From assembly GCF_009914755.1 (NCBI RefSeq), contig NC_060946.1: a stretch of 64,000 nucleotides of DNA. One strand, written 5' to 3'. The notes below the pieces were generated by a model. The model saw nothing but the letters and a program-made list of their open reading frames with translations, was not told the origin of the DNA and searched no databases. Shown piece after piece: positions 1-14,187 of the stretch; position 1 is the first letter of the stretch; every line of letters begins with the position of its first letter. The position numbers and the translations under genes were made by a program. This DNA is from the human T2T-CHM13v2.0 reference genome, Homo sapiens.

Positions 1-1129
1 TTCAGGGTGGCAAGTATCTTTTTTTATAATGACTTAGCACCCCTGTATTGGGGACCGATGGCTAACTTGGTGAAAAATGAGATTCACACATCTGTTTCTT
101 AAAATATCTTTTTAATACAGATATATTAATAGTAGCATTTCTATAAATTCTAGAGTTACTTAATAGGAATTTATTAATATAGACTTATGTGTACACATGT
201 TTTATAGAACATCATATGATCCTTCAATTCTTATATCTGAGTTTAAGCTCTTAATTTTTTTTTTTTTTTGGAAATTGCCTGCTACTCTATGGAGTGCAGT
301 TTAGAGAATGAGCCAAAATTACATGCATAGTAGTTTACTAGTACATAATTCATCAACACTGAAATGTAAAAGTGACAGTGAGGGTGATCGTACCATAGAA
401 GTTCATATTTTGACATTGCCATTATATAAAGCTTCTTCATTCTCCTATCTTTTTCTCAGTAATAATATTAATAACACAAAATTTTTCACTTTTTGTAATT
501 TCTAGTATTTCCTTTCAAAAGAGCTTGATGATGGAAGGATATGAGAAAAGAGAATAAATGTCAGAAAAATACCTCTGTCTTGCTTTTTAACAGAGAAATT
601 AAACTTTAAATATTATACTAAGGAAGAACCAGTAGCCACCAAAACACTTCTAACTGTTCACATCTGAATGTATTGTAGTATGTTAAGTTCAATGGGGTAC
701 TTTTTGTTTAATAATGTAGTAAAAGTGTCACTAGAAGGTGGCTAAATTAAACATTTATAGCAAATTGATAAGAAAAGCTATCTTGTTTGATAATAAAATG
801 CTAGTTATATTGTATGATAATAAAACTGCCTGAAATAGTTGCTTACACACTAAAATCTGAAAGGTTAGTATAGGGTTTAACTCATTTGAAATAATGTGTA
901 TGTGTGCATGCATGTGTATGTGTGTGTATGTGTACTTTTTTTCATGGCAAGCACTTAGAATTCTTTGACTACTTTGAAATTATTTATTGGCCACCTACAG
1001 AGTATTTTCTATATCTTCAGCCATTATGTTTGGAGTAGATTACATTCCTTATTCTTGAAGAACTCTGATGGCTAGACATGCAAATACAGCTTGTTTTATA
1101 ACTGATACTGTAGATTTAGGTACTCAAAA

Positions 1130-1520
1130 CTATGGGGACACAATTGAAAAGAGAAACCAAGCTAAGTTGAAGTCCAGAAAAGCTTCGCAGATGAGGAACA
1201 TATTAGTCTGCTATTAAAGAATAATCGAGATTTTGTCGGAAGGAAGAATGATTTGGATAGAAGCAACGTGATGTATAGGAAGAGGAACTGTAAAAGAACA
1301 AGTGCAACAGCTGGTATATTTAGATGTACTTTGGAATGTGGGGTTGGGTACTAGAGGAGGATAAAATCGAAAGGGTTTGTTGGAGCCATAGCATGTGGGA
1401 AGTCTTGTATAACCTGAAGAAATTACAATTTTATTCTGAATGCAGAAGATTTTTGACATGGAAGGTCCATGTTGTATTTGAGAAAGGCCATTATCAGCAA
1501 CGTGAAGGATCTTTTTGGGG
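1130..1520 (-). mobile_element. Old L2 LINE fragment
   Basis: Degenerate purine-rich sequence typical of antisense L2; boundaries approximate. Confidence 0.4.
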
Positions 1521-2129
1521 AACAGATTAATTTTAAAGTCATAATGGGTAATTATCTTTTATGTAGAATTTGAATAAAGTCTAGGAAAATAAATAAATCC
1601 ATTCGGATGTTTCTTGAAGTCAGGTGAAATAATCAGCTACTTTCTCATTTATTCCTTAGAATGGCTACATTTTATTTGATTGCTATTTTCAAAGGAGTCC
1701 TACATTATTCCTTTTCTGCTTATGAATGGACCTAAATCCTTTTTGGTTATAAATATCAGTGGTTATGTTTCTGAGTAATAAATGTCATGCTTTGCCTTTC
1801 TTGGTTTCAATGTTGTTAACATTATGAACATTATCTCTTAATGCTTGCATTTCTTCAATATTGATTCCATTAACATTCTCTAGCTCAGTCATTTTTGGCT
1901 TTAAGGATTCAATCTCCTTTAACCTAATGGATTGCTACTGAAAACCACTAGAATGAGTTGATCAACTTAACAATGTGTTGATCTGTAAGGATTGAAACCT
2001 CTGTAATTTTAGTATGCCAGTAATGCACAGTACAGCATATTTACCTATAAGAACATCAAACATTCATTGATTGCCATTCTATATGTTAGGCATTGTAAGT
2101 GTTTATATATATGTACTCATTTACTACTT

Positions 2130-2335
2130 GCAATACACTGAAATAAGACTGCCTGTGTTCAAGTTCTGGCTTCACCACCTACTATTCACCTTGTACTTTT
2201 GGTGTCTTCAACTATAAAATGAGGATAGGAATAGTGCCTATCCCATAGGATTTAATGAGAGAATCATATTTAAAGCCCTTTTGTAATGGCTGGGTCAGAA
2301 ATGTGAGCACAGAAATATGTGCGCTATTACTATCT
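2130..2335 (+). mobile_element. MIR SINE remnant
   Basis: gttcaagttctggcttcaccac...ctataaaatgaggataggaatagtgcctatcccatagga MIR core. Confidence 0.55.
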
Positions 2336-3085
2336 TTTAAGCTCTATTATAAAATACTATATATGGATAACATGAGAGCGAGTTTTAAATAAGCATCTGA
2401 ACTTCCAAACATAAATGGGGTTGAACTTCAAAGTGGTCATTTTGGGAGATTATATATTAATTTCAGTGGTACCTTCATTTTTCAATGATTACACATTTTT
2501 CTACTTCATGATTAAATTTACAGCTAAGGGAATGCTTCTGTAGAAGAAAACAACCATATTTCATAGTTACATCTTTTTAATTTTTTAAACTAAAAATGTA
2601 CTGCTTTGCTCAATCAACTGCAGTATTTATCAAACTTGACTATGACCAAGTTTTTTTTTTCCTTTTTCTTTTTAATTTGTATGCTATTTTCAAAGGTATA
2701 CCAGAATTAGAGAGCAGGTTGTTATTTAAAATGTGAACTTTGTATAAATGTGTTCTGTATTTGCTGATTGCAAATGGTCCTTAAAGGTAGATAAAGTCTA
2801 CTTGGTGGTAGGGTTTTGTTGGCAGTTAATTTGTTTTTATGTATTTCTGAGATTTTAGATGGAAATACTAAAAGCTTCCATAGTCTTTTATTTCCTAGTT
2901 TAAATTTCTTATATTTACTTATAACTCAACCTTTTATATTTTTGTTTAGTTTTTATTTGACACATATTAAACTCCTTCTACCATACAGGGAAATAAGTTT
3001 TATTTTTATAGGAATGTTTAATAGCCATTAGGTGTTTAGTTCTTTTTATCAGAGGATATTATACTATTCTCAGTTGTCTTTACAG

Positions 3086-3212
3086 TTTTCATGCTAGCAA
3101 AGGAGTTGGTTACTCTGCTCATTTTGTTGGCAACTGTTTTATAGTCACATCATCGAAGTCCAAAGGAAAATGTTTTCAGCATTGTGTGAAATATGATTTT
3201 CAACCACGTAAG
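3086..3212 (+). pseudogene. NBEA-derived exon, 127 bp ([42 protein letters not shown])
   Basis: Boundaries tttacag| and |gtaggt. Translation matches [46 protein letters not shown] (recalled). Confidence 0.93.
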
Positions 3213-5699
3213 GTAGGTAAAAGTAAATATTTTTATAACTCACTTGTTATGACAGAATTCTTAACTATCCTTTTATGACCTCTGTAGCATTCTCTTTCAC
3301 TGGATTTCCTATGCTTTTAATGGTTTTCTCTTATCCTTGTTTGCATTTTCTTTTTACTTTTATGTCTAATTTTTGTCTTCTGTAAGGTCAGTGCTTTGAT
3401 CTCTTGCGTGTATTTCTCTTACATTCTCTCATTATCTCAGTCTCATCTGTTCTATGGCATTCTTTCAATAGATACTTATTATTTACTGAGTATTGGACAC
3501 CATTGTAGGCACTAGGGAGTTATAAATCTTTGCCTCTTTTTTAAAAAAGTTAAATGTTAAACCCCCAGATTAAGCAATGCACAGATAGTTTTCTTGGGGA
3601 GATTCACCTAATCCTAGTAGTTCTGAATCTTGTTTCCTAAGAGTGGAGGTTTTGTTAATTTCTGATGCTTTAATAATGCTGGCTTCAAGGAGTTGAATGT
3701 TGCTGTACTGTTAGTTTTGGCTCATAAAATATGTCTTTACTTAATATCCCAAATAATAGCAAAAACAAGGTCAAAACACATTTTAAAAACTGCTGTAAAG
3801 AGAAAATGCAGAGAAATGTGCAACTGTATAATTAGAATTATAAGAGATAATTCATTCATAATCGGGTGGCATTTTCTAGAGAGATTTTCCTGCCTGTGTA
3901 CCGGACTCCATCTTTGTGTCAGAGTAACAAACCATCTGAAAGTCCAGATGAAAGAAAACAAGGACAGAGTGCATAGCAGTTCCCATCTCACATGTTTAAG
4001 GCTTTTTTGCCCTTCCAGGTTCAGGGTTCTTTCTTGGGTATATGACAGTGAGATTGTCAACGTTTTTTAGGGCACACTGCCTCCTCCTAACAGAAATATC
4101 GCCTTACCCTTTGTGATTAATGGTACAATCATAATAGATATGATGAATCCAAACGTGGTGAGGGGGAGGTCTTTATATCTTTTTCATATCTTTTTTGTTT
4201 GTTTTCTTGTAGCTTATGATCTGATGTGTGTCTTGTCATATACAGAAAAAAAAATATTTTGGGTGGTATTTTCAAAAATTTGTTTAGATTTTATATGATT
4301 CTAATTAAAATATTTGTTTTATATTTAATGTCAGTAATTGTGGTTTCTATTAAAGAATATCAATTTAACAATAATTCATCAATATATACTTAGAAAATAG
4401 TTTAAAAAGCAATGATCTGAATAAATATATTCGTTCGTTATAATGGTGTATTCTTTCTTTTTTAATACAAATTGATTACTTTAATACCAATCACATTGCC
4501 TTTGCTCTGGACATTCTGTTTTATTAAAACTAAGATAAGACCAAGATTGTTTGCTAAAATTGCCAAATTATTTTGAATTTCAGTGGAATTGATTAGAAGT
4601 ACAGATTGTTGGTATTATAATTTTTCATGTTAGGATTGTGTGTTTTTAATGAATATTCTAGGTAACTTTCTCATCAGACAGTTTTAGGAAACAGTGGTTT
4701 AAAGAATATACATGCAAACAATTAGAGTGAAGTTATAACCAAATGAAATTGTCATTAGCCAATAAAAAGCACTTTAACCCATTTGTTCTCACGTTTTCTA
4801 TTTTGTGTTTTCTTCACTGTTTACTTGTGGAAAACACATTCTCCTTTGTAAAGCTCTCAATATGCAATGATACTAAGGGTCTAGTTAGGAGCAGGGCCAG
4901 AGAATGATGTGGATTTTAAAAAGTCTTCTGTGAAGATTCTCAAAAACCTTGAAAAGTCATAAGTATTTGCTTTTATTGTGTTTCATTATTCAAAATAAAT
5001 TTATTCTCTTATTTCTTCCTTTCTTTAATTTCCCACAGATGCCCTAGCTAAGTTGTTGTTATCCTTCCTAATAAGAGATTTACTGGCCTTTCAAAAAGAA
5101 ATCTTTACATTAAAACTTTTGCTTTCCCAGCTGCACCGCTTACCAGCTGTTAGAACTTGTGAAAATGGGTATAAACCATTAGCATGTTACCTAATGGTAA
5201 TATGTGCTCTAGACATATTAGCTATTATTGATATCATCTGTACTTTTTTGTCTTCAATTTATTTCCATATCTTCAACTTGTAATATATATCTTGTGGATT
5301 CTTAATATGGATCTTTTTTTTCCCTTATTCCTGGTTGTGTCCTTCTCTATAAATTTCTTTTTGAGTCTCAAACTAAATGCAGACTTCACTATATATACAT
5401 AATATCAGTATGCACAGCTAGTTTCCAAGTTTATTTTTATTTTCTTTAGTCCACATATATAAGGTCAAAAGTTAGGCTTTTTTTAACCATTGAAAAACTC
5501 ACTTGTGTCTGTTATCTGTAGAGTACAGTTTGATGTACCAAGGAAAGAGAAAAGTTACTTTTGTTATAAATAAGTACTCTGGTCTTAACTGAGATCAGCT
5601 CATTAATTCACCAGTGCATTCACTTATTTATTCATTTAATTTTATCATATATCATTGTTACAACCAAAAGCAAACCTTGGTAAACTCCAAATCTGATTA

Positions 5700-6502
5700 A
5701 TTTTTCTGTATTAATGATCTTAAGTTAATGGTACCCTTACCCCTCTAAGTGAAAATTGGAAGCCATCTTAGACTCCCCTGTTGTATGTTAACACTTCCTA
5801 TCAGTTCTGTTAGTTAATTCCCATCCTCATTTTAAAATTACTAATGACTTTGTCTTAGTTCAGCGGCTTATGGTGTCTTACCTCAACCTTTGCAGTGGTT
5901 TTTCAGTTTTATCTTTGTCCACACTTGCCTACCTATCTCACCTCCACATTGCTGCCAGGTATTTTCCTTAACTATGAAGCTGATCGTTTAACTTTCCTGC
6001 TCAAAATTATTTAGTTATACCACATTATGCAAAAAACAAAGGCCAGTTTCCTAAAGGTCTGTTTATAATCTGGTCTTTGCCTGTTTTTGTTTTTGTTTTT
6101 GTTTTTCCTTCTAAACCTACACACTGAAGAAAGTTTTGTCAAGCATCTGTGCTGTATCATATTAAGATTCCACCTGGAATGTTTTTTTTACCCCTGTCTG
6201 CTGAACAATTCCTTTTCATCCTTCAAGCATAGTCTTGTGGTTCATTTTATGCTTTTAGTGAATACTTCTATGATAGTCTTTCTTCTCTATTTGTCTTTCC
6301 TTCCCTGTTACTTATAGTAATTACTTTTATTACTCTCATATCTGTATTTTAGATATTCTCTATTGTTCTCATAACTGTTTCTCTAGTGAAACTTCCTTTA
6401 GTGTGCGTATGTTGTCTGTCTTTATATATCCATGATCCAAGGTTGGGACAGGGTACTTGGCATAAAGTAGGCTCTTAGTACATTTTTTGAATGAATGAAT
6501 GA
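5700..6502 (+). mobile_element. L2 3' end
   Basis: Ends in cttggcataaagtaggctcttagtacattttttgaatgaatgaatga, the L2 tail. Start approximate. Confidence 0.65.
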
Positions 6503-7065
6503 CTCTGAAAGGTAAATAATAATCAACTTTAGCATAAATGAACCTCATCATGAGGACATAGTAGATAAAATTAAAATAGTAGTTTAGTGAATGGTATGTT
6601 ATTTATGGGTGCCAAATACATTGGGAACTTTTCTTCATAGTTTTCATACATTATCTGTTTATAATATTCACAAGGAATCCACAAAGTAGGCATTATTATT
6701 CCCCTTTTTCAGAGATGAAAATAGGTTCAGAGATGCTAAGTAATTTGCCAAAAGCCATAGAGCTAGTAATTTGGGAACCAATTCATGTCTTTAGGAAGTA
6801 AAATTTATCCTGCCCAGTACATTAAGTTATCTGAAGTAGTAAGAACTCAGTAAGTATTGTTTGAATGAGTACTTTTTTAATTGTAAGTACACCAATAAGT
6901 ATGATAATACATCTAGTATTTATCTTAAAATTGTCTTTGGGCAGGAAATCTTTGCCTATATATAGGTATTTATTTGTGTCTCTTCTCTTTAGAAATGTAG
7001 GAAGAGAAACGAAGTGGAATAGGGCAACTTTACTACCAGGCTGCAGTTGGACAGCGCCTGTGTTC

Positions 7066-7135
7066 TTTTTTTTTTTTTTTTTTTTTATTATTATACTTTA
7101 AGTTTTAGGGTACATGTGCATGTTGTGCAGGTTAG
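7066..7135 (-). mobile_element. Extremely 5'-truncated young L1 (L1PA3-or-younger type) 3' end with poly(A)
   Basis: T21-attattatactttaagttttagggtacatgtgcatgttgtgcaggttag is the reverse complement of the L1PA 3' terminus. No TSD visible. Confidence 0.85.
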
Positions 7136-7813
7136 CTCCATGCTAGACAAACATTTACAATTACAAGCTAAATATCTTTTAGTATGTTCAGAAGCCATTG
7201 TATTTCTTTTTCGTTGTAAATTTGCTGTTTAGGCCACCTGTTCATGTTTCTAATGAATAGCTTTCCTTTTCTTGTTGATTTATAAGAGTTCCTAATAATT
7301 AAGGCAGGTTAACTTTGTCTATTATAAAAGTGGCATATCTTTCTCTGAAAAAAAAAAAGAAATGTAAAGTTTTCTTTACATTTTACTTTACATTTTACTC
7401 TAGAATATAAAGATTGTGTCTTCTGTGTTATTTAGATAGCATTCTGGTTGGATAGTTTCAAACTCAGTGAAGGTAATATGTGCAAACTTTAATTCTTATA
7501 CATGTAAAATTCTATAAGATTTTCCTTAAATTTATTTGAAGCTCTTTTTTTATGGTTTCTTCTTGATAATTTTGTAATATTTAGAAACAATGGTTAAATG
7601 ACTACTTTAAAGATTTTCTCTTCTAATTTTAATCAGGGCTAACATATATGTCAGTTTCGAATCAAGTAAAAGACTTAGTTTGCAATAAATTAACGATTAC
7701 CTGGAATGAAAAACCTGAAAAAAGGGTGAGCATTTTAGACAGTTAAATGTCTGGACCTGACCTCCTTGCTTTTATAGAAGCACACTGTTGTTTTGTATTA
7801 CTGACTTTTTTAA

Positions 7814-8185
<372 letters not shown>

Positions 8186-8955
8186 TAAATTGAAATGGAC
8201 AAAATTGAATTTTTCTCAAAGTATTTTAGATACCTTGAAATGACTAATATTTTAGTGATTAAGGATTATTATAACTTTTTATTTCTCAAAATATATATGA
8301 AATAATTGAATAGTGCATTCAAGTAATCTGTAGAACAAAGTTTGTATTTTATATTTTGGTGGGAGGGAGAAACCAGTTAATTTTCCCCTCTTAACTTCAG
8401 AAAGCATACTTGTTCAAATGTTTATAGATCATTTGTATTTTTCTATACTTTAGAAAAAAATAGTTCTATATTCTCTATTTTAGGGTATTAACTCTCAAGA
8501 GAATAAAGGTTGTTTCAGAAATCAAACCATCCATATTAAAACAGATACTTAAAATGCTATTTGACAGCAGTAACTATAAAATGGGCACTTAATATGAACT
8601 CATTCATTGATTCTTAAGAACAAAGACTCTAGGTAAGATATAGCATGCACATATATGAGTTAGTTTTAAATGTGCAGTACACCTGGCTAGGGAAATATAT
8701 AAAGGTTCTGTTTAAATCACATTGGGAATTGTGAAGTCTCAAACTACTTGGAGCCGAAAGAGAATTACACATTATACTCAAAGTGTTTATAATTCTGAAG
8801 GAGTACTTGTCTTGTATGGAAGCTTGGTTTATTTATTGAACTCAATTTAAATAATTAATGTGAAGATTGTGTTATGGAAAGGAAAAACATTTAAAAAAGT
8901 CCCTCTTTGGCCTTTGTATTTTTGCATTGGTATTTCTCTTTTTATTTTTATGTCA

Positions 8956-9023
8956 TATATATATATATATATACGCACACACACACACACATATGTATAT
9001 ATATATATAGAGAGAGAGAGAGA
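8956..9023. repeat. Compound (TA)n(CA)n(TA)n(GA)n microsatellite
   Basis: Directly visible. Confidence 0.95.
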
Positions 9024-11199
9024 GGAAAGTTTGAATTTACCTATATTAAAAGATCTTTTTTTCTCAGTGACTTTAATAACCATAATAATATTGAAGAATA
9101 ATAATGCTATTATTTTTATGTCAAGGTAACAATACTTGCTATCATATATTTTCCATATCATTTTTGTTTTTGTCTTACTAGCTCTAGAAATGAATTTGTG
9201 CCTGTCCAGCTACTTCTTCTTTCATGGGTCTTTTTGTTGGGTTTGCATCCTGGTTCTTCCATTGTTGATCTTGCATAGGAATATTTTTGTAATTCACATT
9301 TTTTATTAATATGCTGCCTGCTTTTCTTTCCTACTTCTTTGAGTTGTTTCATAAAATACTTGTAGTGTCTTTTTAAGCTCTAGTAGAATGATATTAAATA
9401 CAGTGACAAGCAAACAAATGAAATATAAAAAGGTAGAATATCAAGAAAATACAAATCCAATATGATTGCTAATGTGAAATTTCAGAATTGATGGGAGCTT
9501 CCTGGCAACATCAAGAAAAAAGGCTGAATATAAGCAATTTTGTAATTCTATTCACAAAGAAGCAAACTGTGTCCTGAACAGTTTTGCAAACTCTGTAGTT
9601 GGTAGTATTCTTTTCACACGTCTTTCTTGTCGTTCTTTTTAACAACAGTCATCTTGTCATTCTTTTTAACCCAGTCATCATGTGTGCACAGCTCATGTGA
9701 CATAGTATAGTATCCTTAGTATCCTAACACACAGTAGAGTACCTAAAGTCAGAACTTTTAAGAGAGATACCTGTAAATTTGGGCATTACATCAGATAGTA
9801 TTTTATTAAGTTTTGAAAGTTCTCAGCTTACTGCACCCTTGTTGTAAGTGGGGATGGATGATAAATCCACAGGTACATGCATTTTCTCAATTTGTAAATA
9901 TTGTAAGTACAATTGCACCATGACAGGCATCAGCAAATTTTTTTTATATTAAAAAGCTTTTTTTTTCTTTTTAGAAATTCAGAGAACATAGAGAAGGAGG
10001 AACGCAAATGATCAGACTGTGTTTTGACAGAAAAGCTGAGTAGTTCACACATTATAGTCACAATTATCTTGGTAAAGTCACTCTCTGTGAGAGAAGGGGT
10101 GGAGGGCTACAGTGGAATTTTTAAGGTGTAGATAATATAATAACTAATGGACATTTGGATAAATCACAAATGGAGTTTAAATTACGTAGTGTTGTATAAT
10201 AACATAGTATTTATATTTATTGCCTTAAGTTATATGGAACTTTCTTTCATTGTAATGGTCAGACAAAATTTATGATTCTGAGCTTAGTGTGGATAGCATG
10301 TCAACATATGGGCTTCGAAGTTAATAAAATAAGTTAATTCTACCTTCAAATAATGTCATCAAACTAAATATTCAATAGAGTCTGTCACAAATGATTTTGA
10401 CTTGTTGGTCACTGTAGTGCTAGGTAAATTTTTTTCTGTCGAATATTTGGTTTTGAGCATTGCATCTTATCAGTAAATATTCTGTACTTGGTTATTTTCT
10501 GGAAATGGTAAATAAGTTAGGGTATGACTTATTAACTAAATAAACCATTCAGTTTGGAAAATACAGAAATACAGAAAATATTTAAATACAGAAAATCTCA
10601 CTGTAGATTTGTCTAGTATAGTAAAATTTACTACCAGATAAGTTTACTGTGGATCTCTATTTGGGGTTATTTAATGTCTTCAAGATTCTGTATGAGGTGG
10701 CCCTTTGACAAAAGCTTGCAAATCAGATTTTAACAAAGTTTTTATATTTTATAATTATTACTAGACATTTTCTCATTGTTCTCTTAATCCCGTGTAGCAA
10801 GCAGTTAGTCTTCATGGCCAGATATTTGAAAATTTAGCTTTGAGTTCTCTCTTTCATTTATGAATATGATAGCATAATGGTTTTTATAATTTGCTATATC
10901 ATAATAAAGTTCTAACTGATAAGAGAAAAAGTATAACACAACCTCCAAAATTAAAAATCACTTCAGAGGATTTCCAATACTTGTGTGGAGGGGTGAGCTC
11001 CTAACAAACTGATCTTCTCACAAATAACCATTTGTAAACTCTGCACATAATATAGATAACATCTATCTGAGGGTTGTGGAGATTGAATAAAAGCAGGCAA
11101 GCTTTGGAGCGTAATCAAAATATGGAACAGTCAGTCTACATGGACTGATATCCCCATTTTTTGCTTTTATAGGAAATTTTCTGGCCAGAAAGTTTCTCC

Positions 11200-12050
11200 A
11201 TAATATTGTACAGAGTTATAGTCACACTGTTTAGCATATAATCCAAAAGTACTTATTCTAAAAATGGTCAGGAAAATGTGACTTATTCTCAAGGGAAGAG
11301 AAAATCATCATATACCAACTCTAAGATAACCCACATGTTGGAAATATCACATGAGGTCTATTGTAACTAGCGAGGTAGAGAAAAGTTTACTTATAATGAA
11401 TTAAAAGATAGGAAGTACCAGCCGTGAAATAAAACAAAATCAGATGGCAATTCTAGAGCTGAAAAATATATCAGAATTAAAAATAGGCTCTATGGGCTTA
11501 TTAGCAGAATTAATATTATAGAGAAGTAAATGAACTTGATTATAGATTGATAGAAAATCTGAAGAGAGTTATGAAAGATTGGGGTGAAAAAATAGAACCA
11601 TAGAGATGTATGGGGGCAGTTTTGAAAGGTCTAATAGGCACAGTATAAGAGAAAGAGCCAGAAAAAATATTTGACTAAATGATGACAGAAAACTTTTCAG
11701 ATTTGGTAAAAGGATTACGTTTATAGATTGAAGAAACTCTGAAAATTCCAACCAAAATAAATGCAAAGAGAACCAAAGTAGACATTTACAGTCAAAGTGT
11801 GGAAAACCGAAGATAAAGAGAAAATCTTGAAAGCAGGCAGAGGAAAACTAGATACTGATAAGGGAACAATAATTTGAATTTCTGTACACATCTCATCAGA
11901 AAGCAGGGAAGCCATAGAGGTGGAACAAAATCTTTAAAGTTCTGAAAGGAAGAAAAAAATCTGTCAACCTAGAATTTTTTATCCAGTGAAAATATTCTTT
12001 AAGTCTTTTGAAAGAAAATTTTAAAAATTTGTTGTTATTTGACTCTCATT
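11200..12050 (+). mobile_element. Old L1M, ORF1-region remnant
   Basis: gataaagagaaaatcttgaaagcaggcagagg and tgtcaacctagaatttttttatccagtgaaaatattcttt are L1 ORF1 motifs. Boundaries approximate. Confidence 0.7.
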
Positions 12051-12394
12051 ACTGACTAAAGAAGAAAACCTGGATGATTCAGTGTATATACATGTAATAC
12101 ATATGATAACTCACAGAAAGATTTGGGGAGAGGCTATAAATGCACCTATGTAGTTGAAAAGTTATGTATTTTGCAATGTGTCTTGATAGAATGTTGACTA
12201 CAATTCAATGGCTAAAACAAAATTATCAAAGTCAAAATTGCATGTCTTTTCTTGAATGATAGGTATGTATCTGGTATTTCATTTACCCACAGCATATGCT
12301 GTAGACCCCTCTTTCAAATTAAAGATAACAAAAGCCCAATTGAAAGGAAAACAAAATACATCAATGCTAACTAAATACAAATAATTAGCCTTCA

Positions 12395-13570
12395 CTAATT
12401 CATCCATTCATTCTTTTATTAAACAGTTGGGCACTGTTCTAGATGCTAGGGACATAACAATCAAACAAAACCAACAAAAACCCCTTGCCTGTATTTTGGA
12501 GAAGTAGGGTTTGCAGTATCATGGGAGAAGACATAACAAAACAAAAGAAAAATATATAGTGTGTATATGGTGATAAGAGCTATGAGACACACAAAGCAGG
12601 TAAAAAAGATGGAAGTTGATGCTAGCCAAGTGGATATCTGGGGAAGAGCTTTAAGGGTAAATGCCAGAGCAAGAATGAAGGCCATTAGCAGAAGCTTACT
12701 TCACAGATTAAAGAACACTGTGACTATGTTTTCCTGTGACTGTCACAGAAGGAGCAAGGGGGAGAGTCAAAGAAGATTAATTCAGAGAACAACTATATGC
12801 TTTCAGAGGATTGTTATGACTTTATTTTTGCTCTTGAGTGAGAGGGACAGCAATTGAAAAGTTTTGGGTGTACTGGCCTGATACCAATTTGAAAGGGATC
12901 ACTCTGGTTACTATGGTAAATAGGGAGAAAAGGTGGAAATAGGGAGACTAGTTAGGGGGCTGCTGCAGTTATTTAGTGAAAGAGCTCTGGAAAGTATTGA
13001 GACTTGATTAGATTTTTGATAAAGCATATCTAAAATATCTAAGACTCTAAAAGGTCAGCTTTTGGATATACTTTGGAGGTAGTGCCAGTAGGATTTTCTG
13101 TCACTGTGAACATGGGGTAAGGGAGCAAGAGAGGACTGACAGGAGCAAGTAACCCCATGAATTTCAGCCTGAACAACTGAGCTGATGGAGTTGTCATTTA
13201 CTGAGATGGGAGGACTATGAAGAAATAAGTTTTGGCAGAGAAGATCAAATATTAGGTTGTGGACATAGGTTATGGGCATAGTTGTTTGAGATGCCCAATA
13301 AACATCTAAATGGAAAAATGAAGTAAGTCTGGAGTTTAGAGGTGACATCTAGGTTGGAGATAGAAATTTGGCATTGGCAGGATATGGACAGGATTTAAAG
13401 GTAAAGGACTGGATTTACGTGCCAATGAAGTGAGTTCAGAGAAAAAGATAACTGAGAAATGAGTCCTTGGGAAAGCCACTGTTTGTAGGTTGAGGAGATG
13501 CAGAGGAAGCAGCAAAGGAGAAAGAGGAGAGCAAGGGAATAAGGAGAAAAAGCAGGAGAGTGTGGTGTTT
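12395..13570 (-). mobile_element. L2 LINE fragment
   Basis: Begins ttcatccattcattc...gggcactgttctagatgctagggacata (antisense L2 tail), then L2-like purine-rich body. Confidence 0.7.
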
Positions 13571-13793
13571 TAACTTGACCTACTTGAAGTTAAATCTCCT
13601 TTCTTCATTGAGGATACTGTCAAATACACACAGGATAATAGATTAGAAAATCCCATGATTATACATAAAGAACAGCCTCGGAATAATAATATCAATAATG
13701 CCCAATTGTTATAATTACTGAAAATACAGTTAATTTGTTTTTGCATGCGTTCTCTTCATTCTCCCTCTTGCCATTTTTAAAATAGTTGAGGTA

Positions 13794-14187
13794 TGTTACA
13801 AGGTGAATTATGTTCCCCTAAAATTCATTGAAATTCTCACCCTCAGTAGCCTGAAATGTGACTGTTTTTGGAGACCGGTCTTTAAAGAGGTAATTAAGAT
13901 TAAGTGAGGTCATTTTGGTTATTGGGTCCTAATCCAGTATAACTGTATCCTTATAAAGAGGAGGAAATTAGGACTCAGACACATGCAAAAGAAAGACCAT
14001 GTGAAGACACAGGGAAGAAAAGGTAGTTAGGTTGTCTTCAAACCAAGGAGAGAGTCTTCAGAAGAAAACCCTGCTTACACGCATATGTTAGACTTACAGC
14101 CTCCAGAACTATGAGAAAATAAACAACTTTTATTTAAGCCATCCAGACTCCGGTACTTTGTCATAGCAGACCCAGCAAGCTCATACA
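13794..14187 (+). mobile_element. MLT1 (MaLR) solo LTR
   Basis: tgtt...aatgtgactgtttttggaga...cctaatccagtataactg...cagcctccagaactatgagaaaataaa...ctcataca. Confidence 0.85.

Noticed and set aside
1-16. Possible exon end with GC donor (ttcagggtg|gcaagt) at the window edge
   Set aside because: Only 9 nt of putative exon are visible; cannot be assigned.
5039-5168. Cryptic exon-like segment (long pyrimidine tract, cag|...|gtataa); similar acceptors near 6992 and 9974
   Set aside because: No recognisable protein homology, weak donors and no transcript evidence available.
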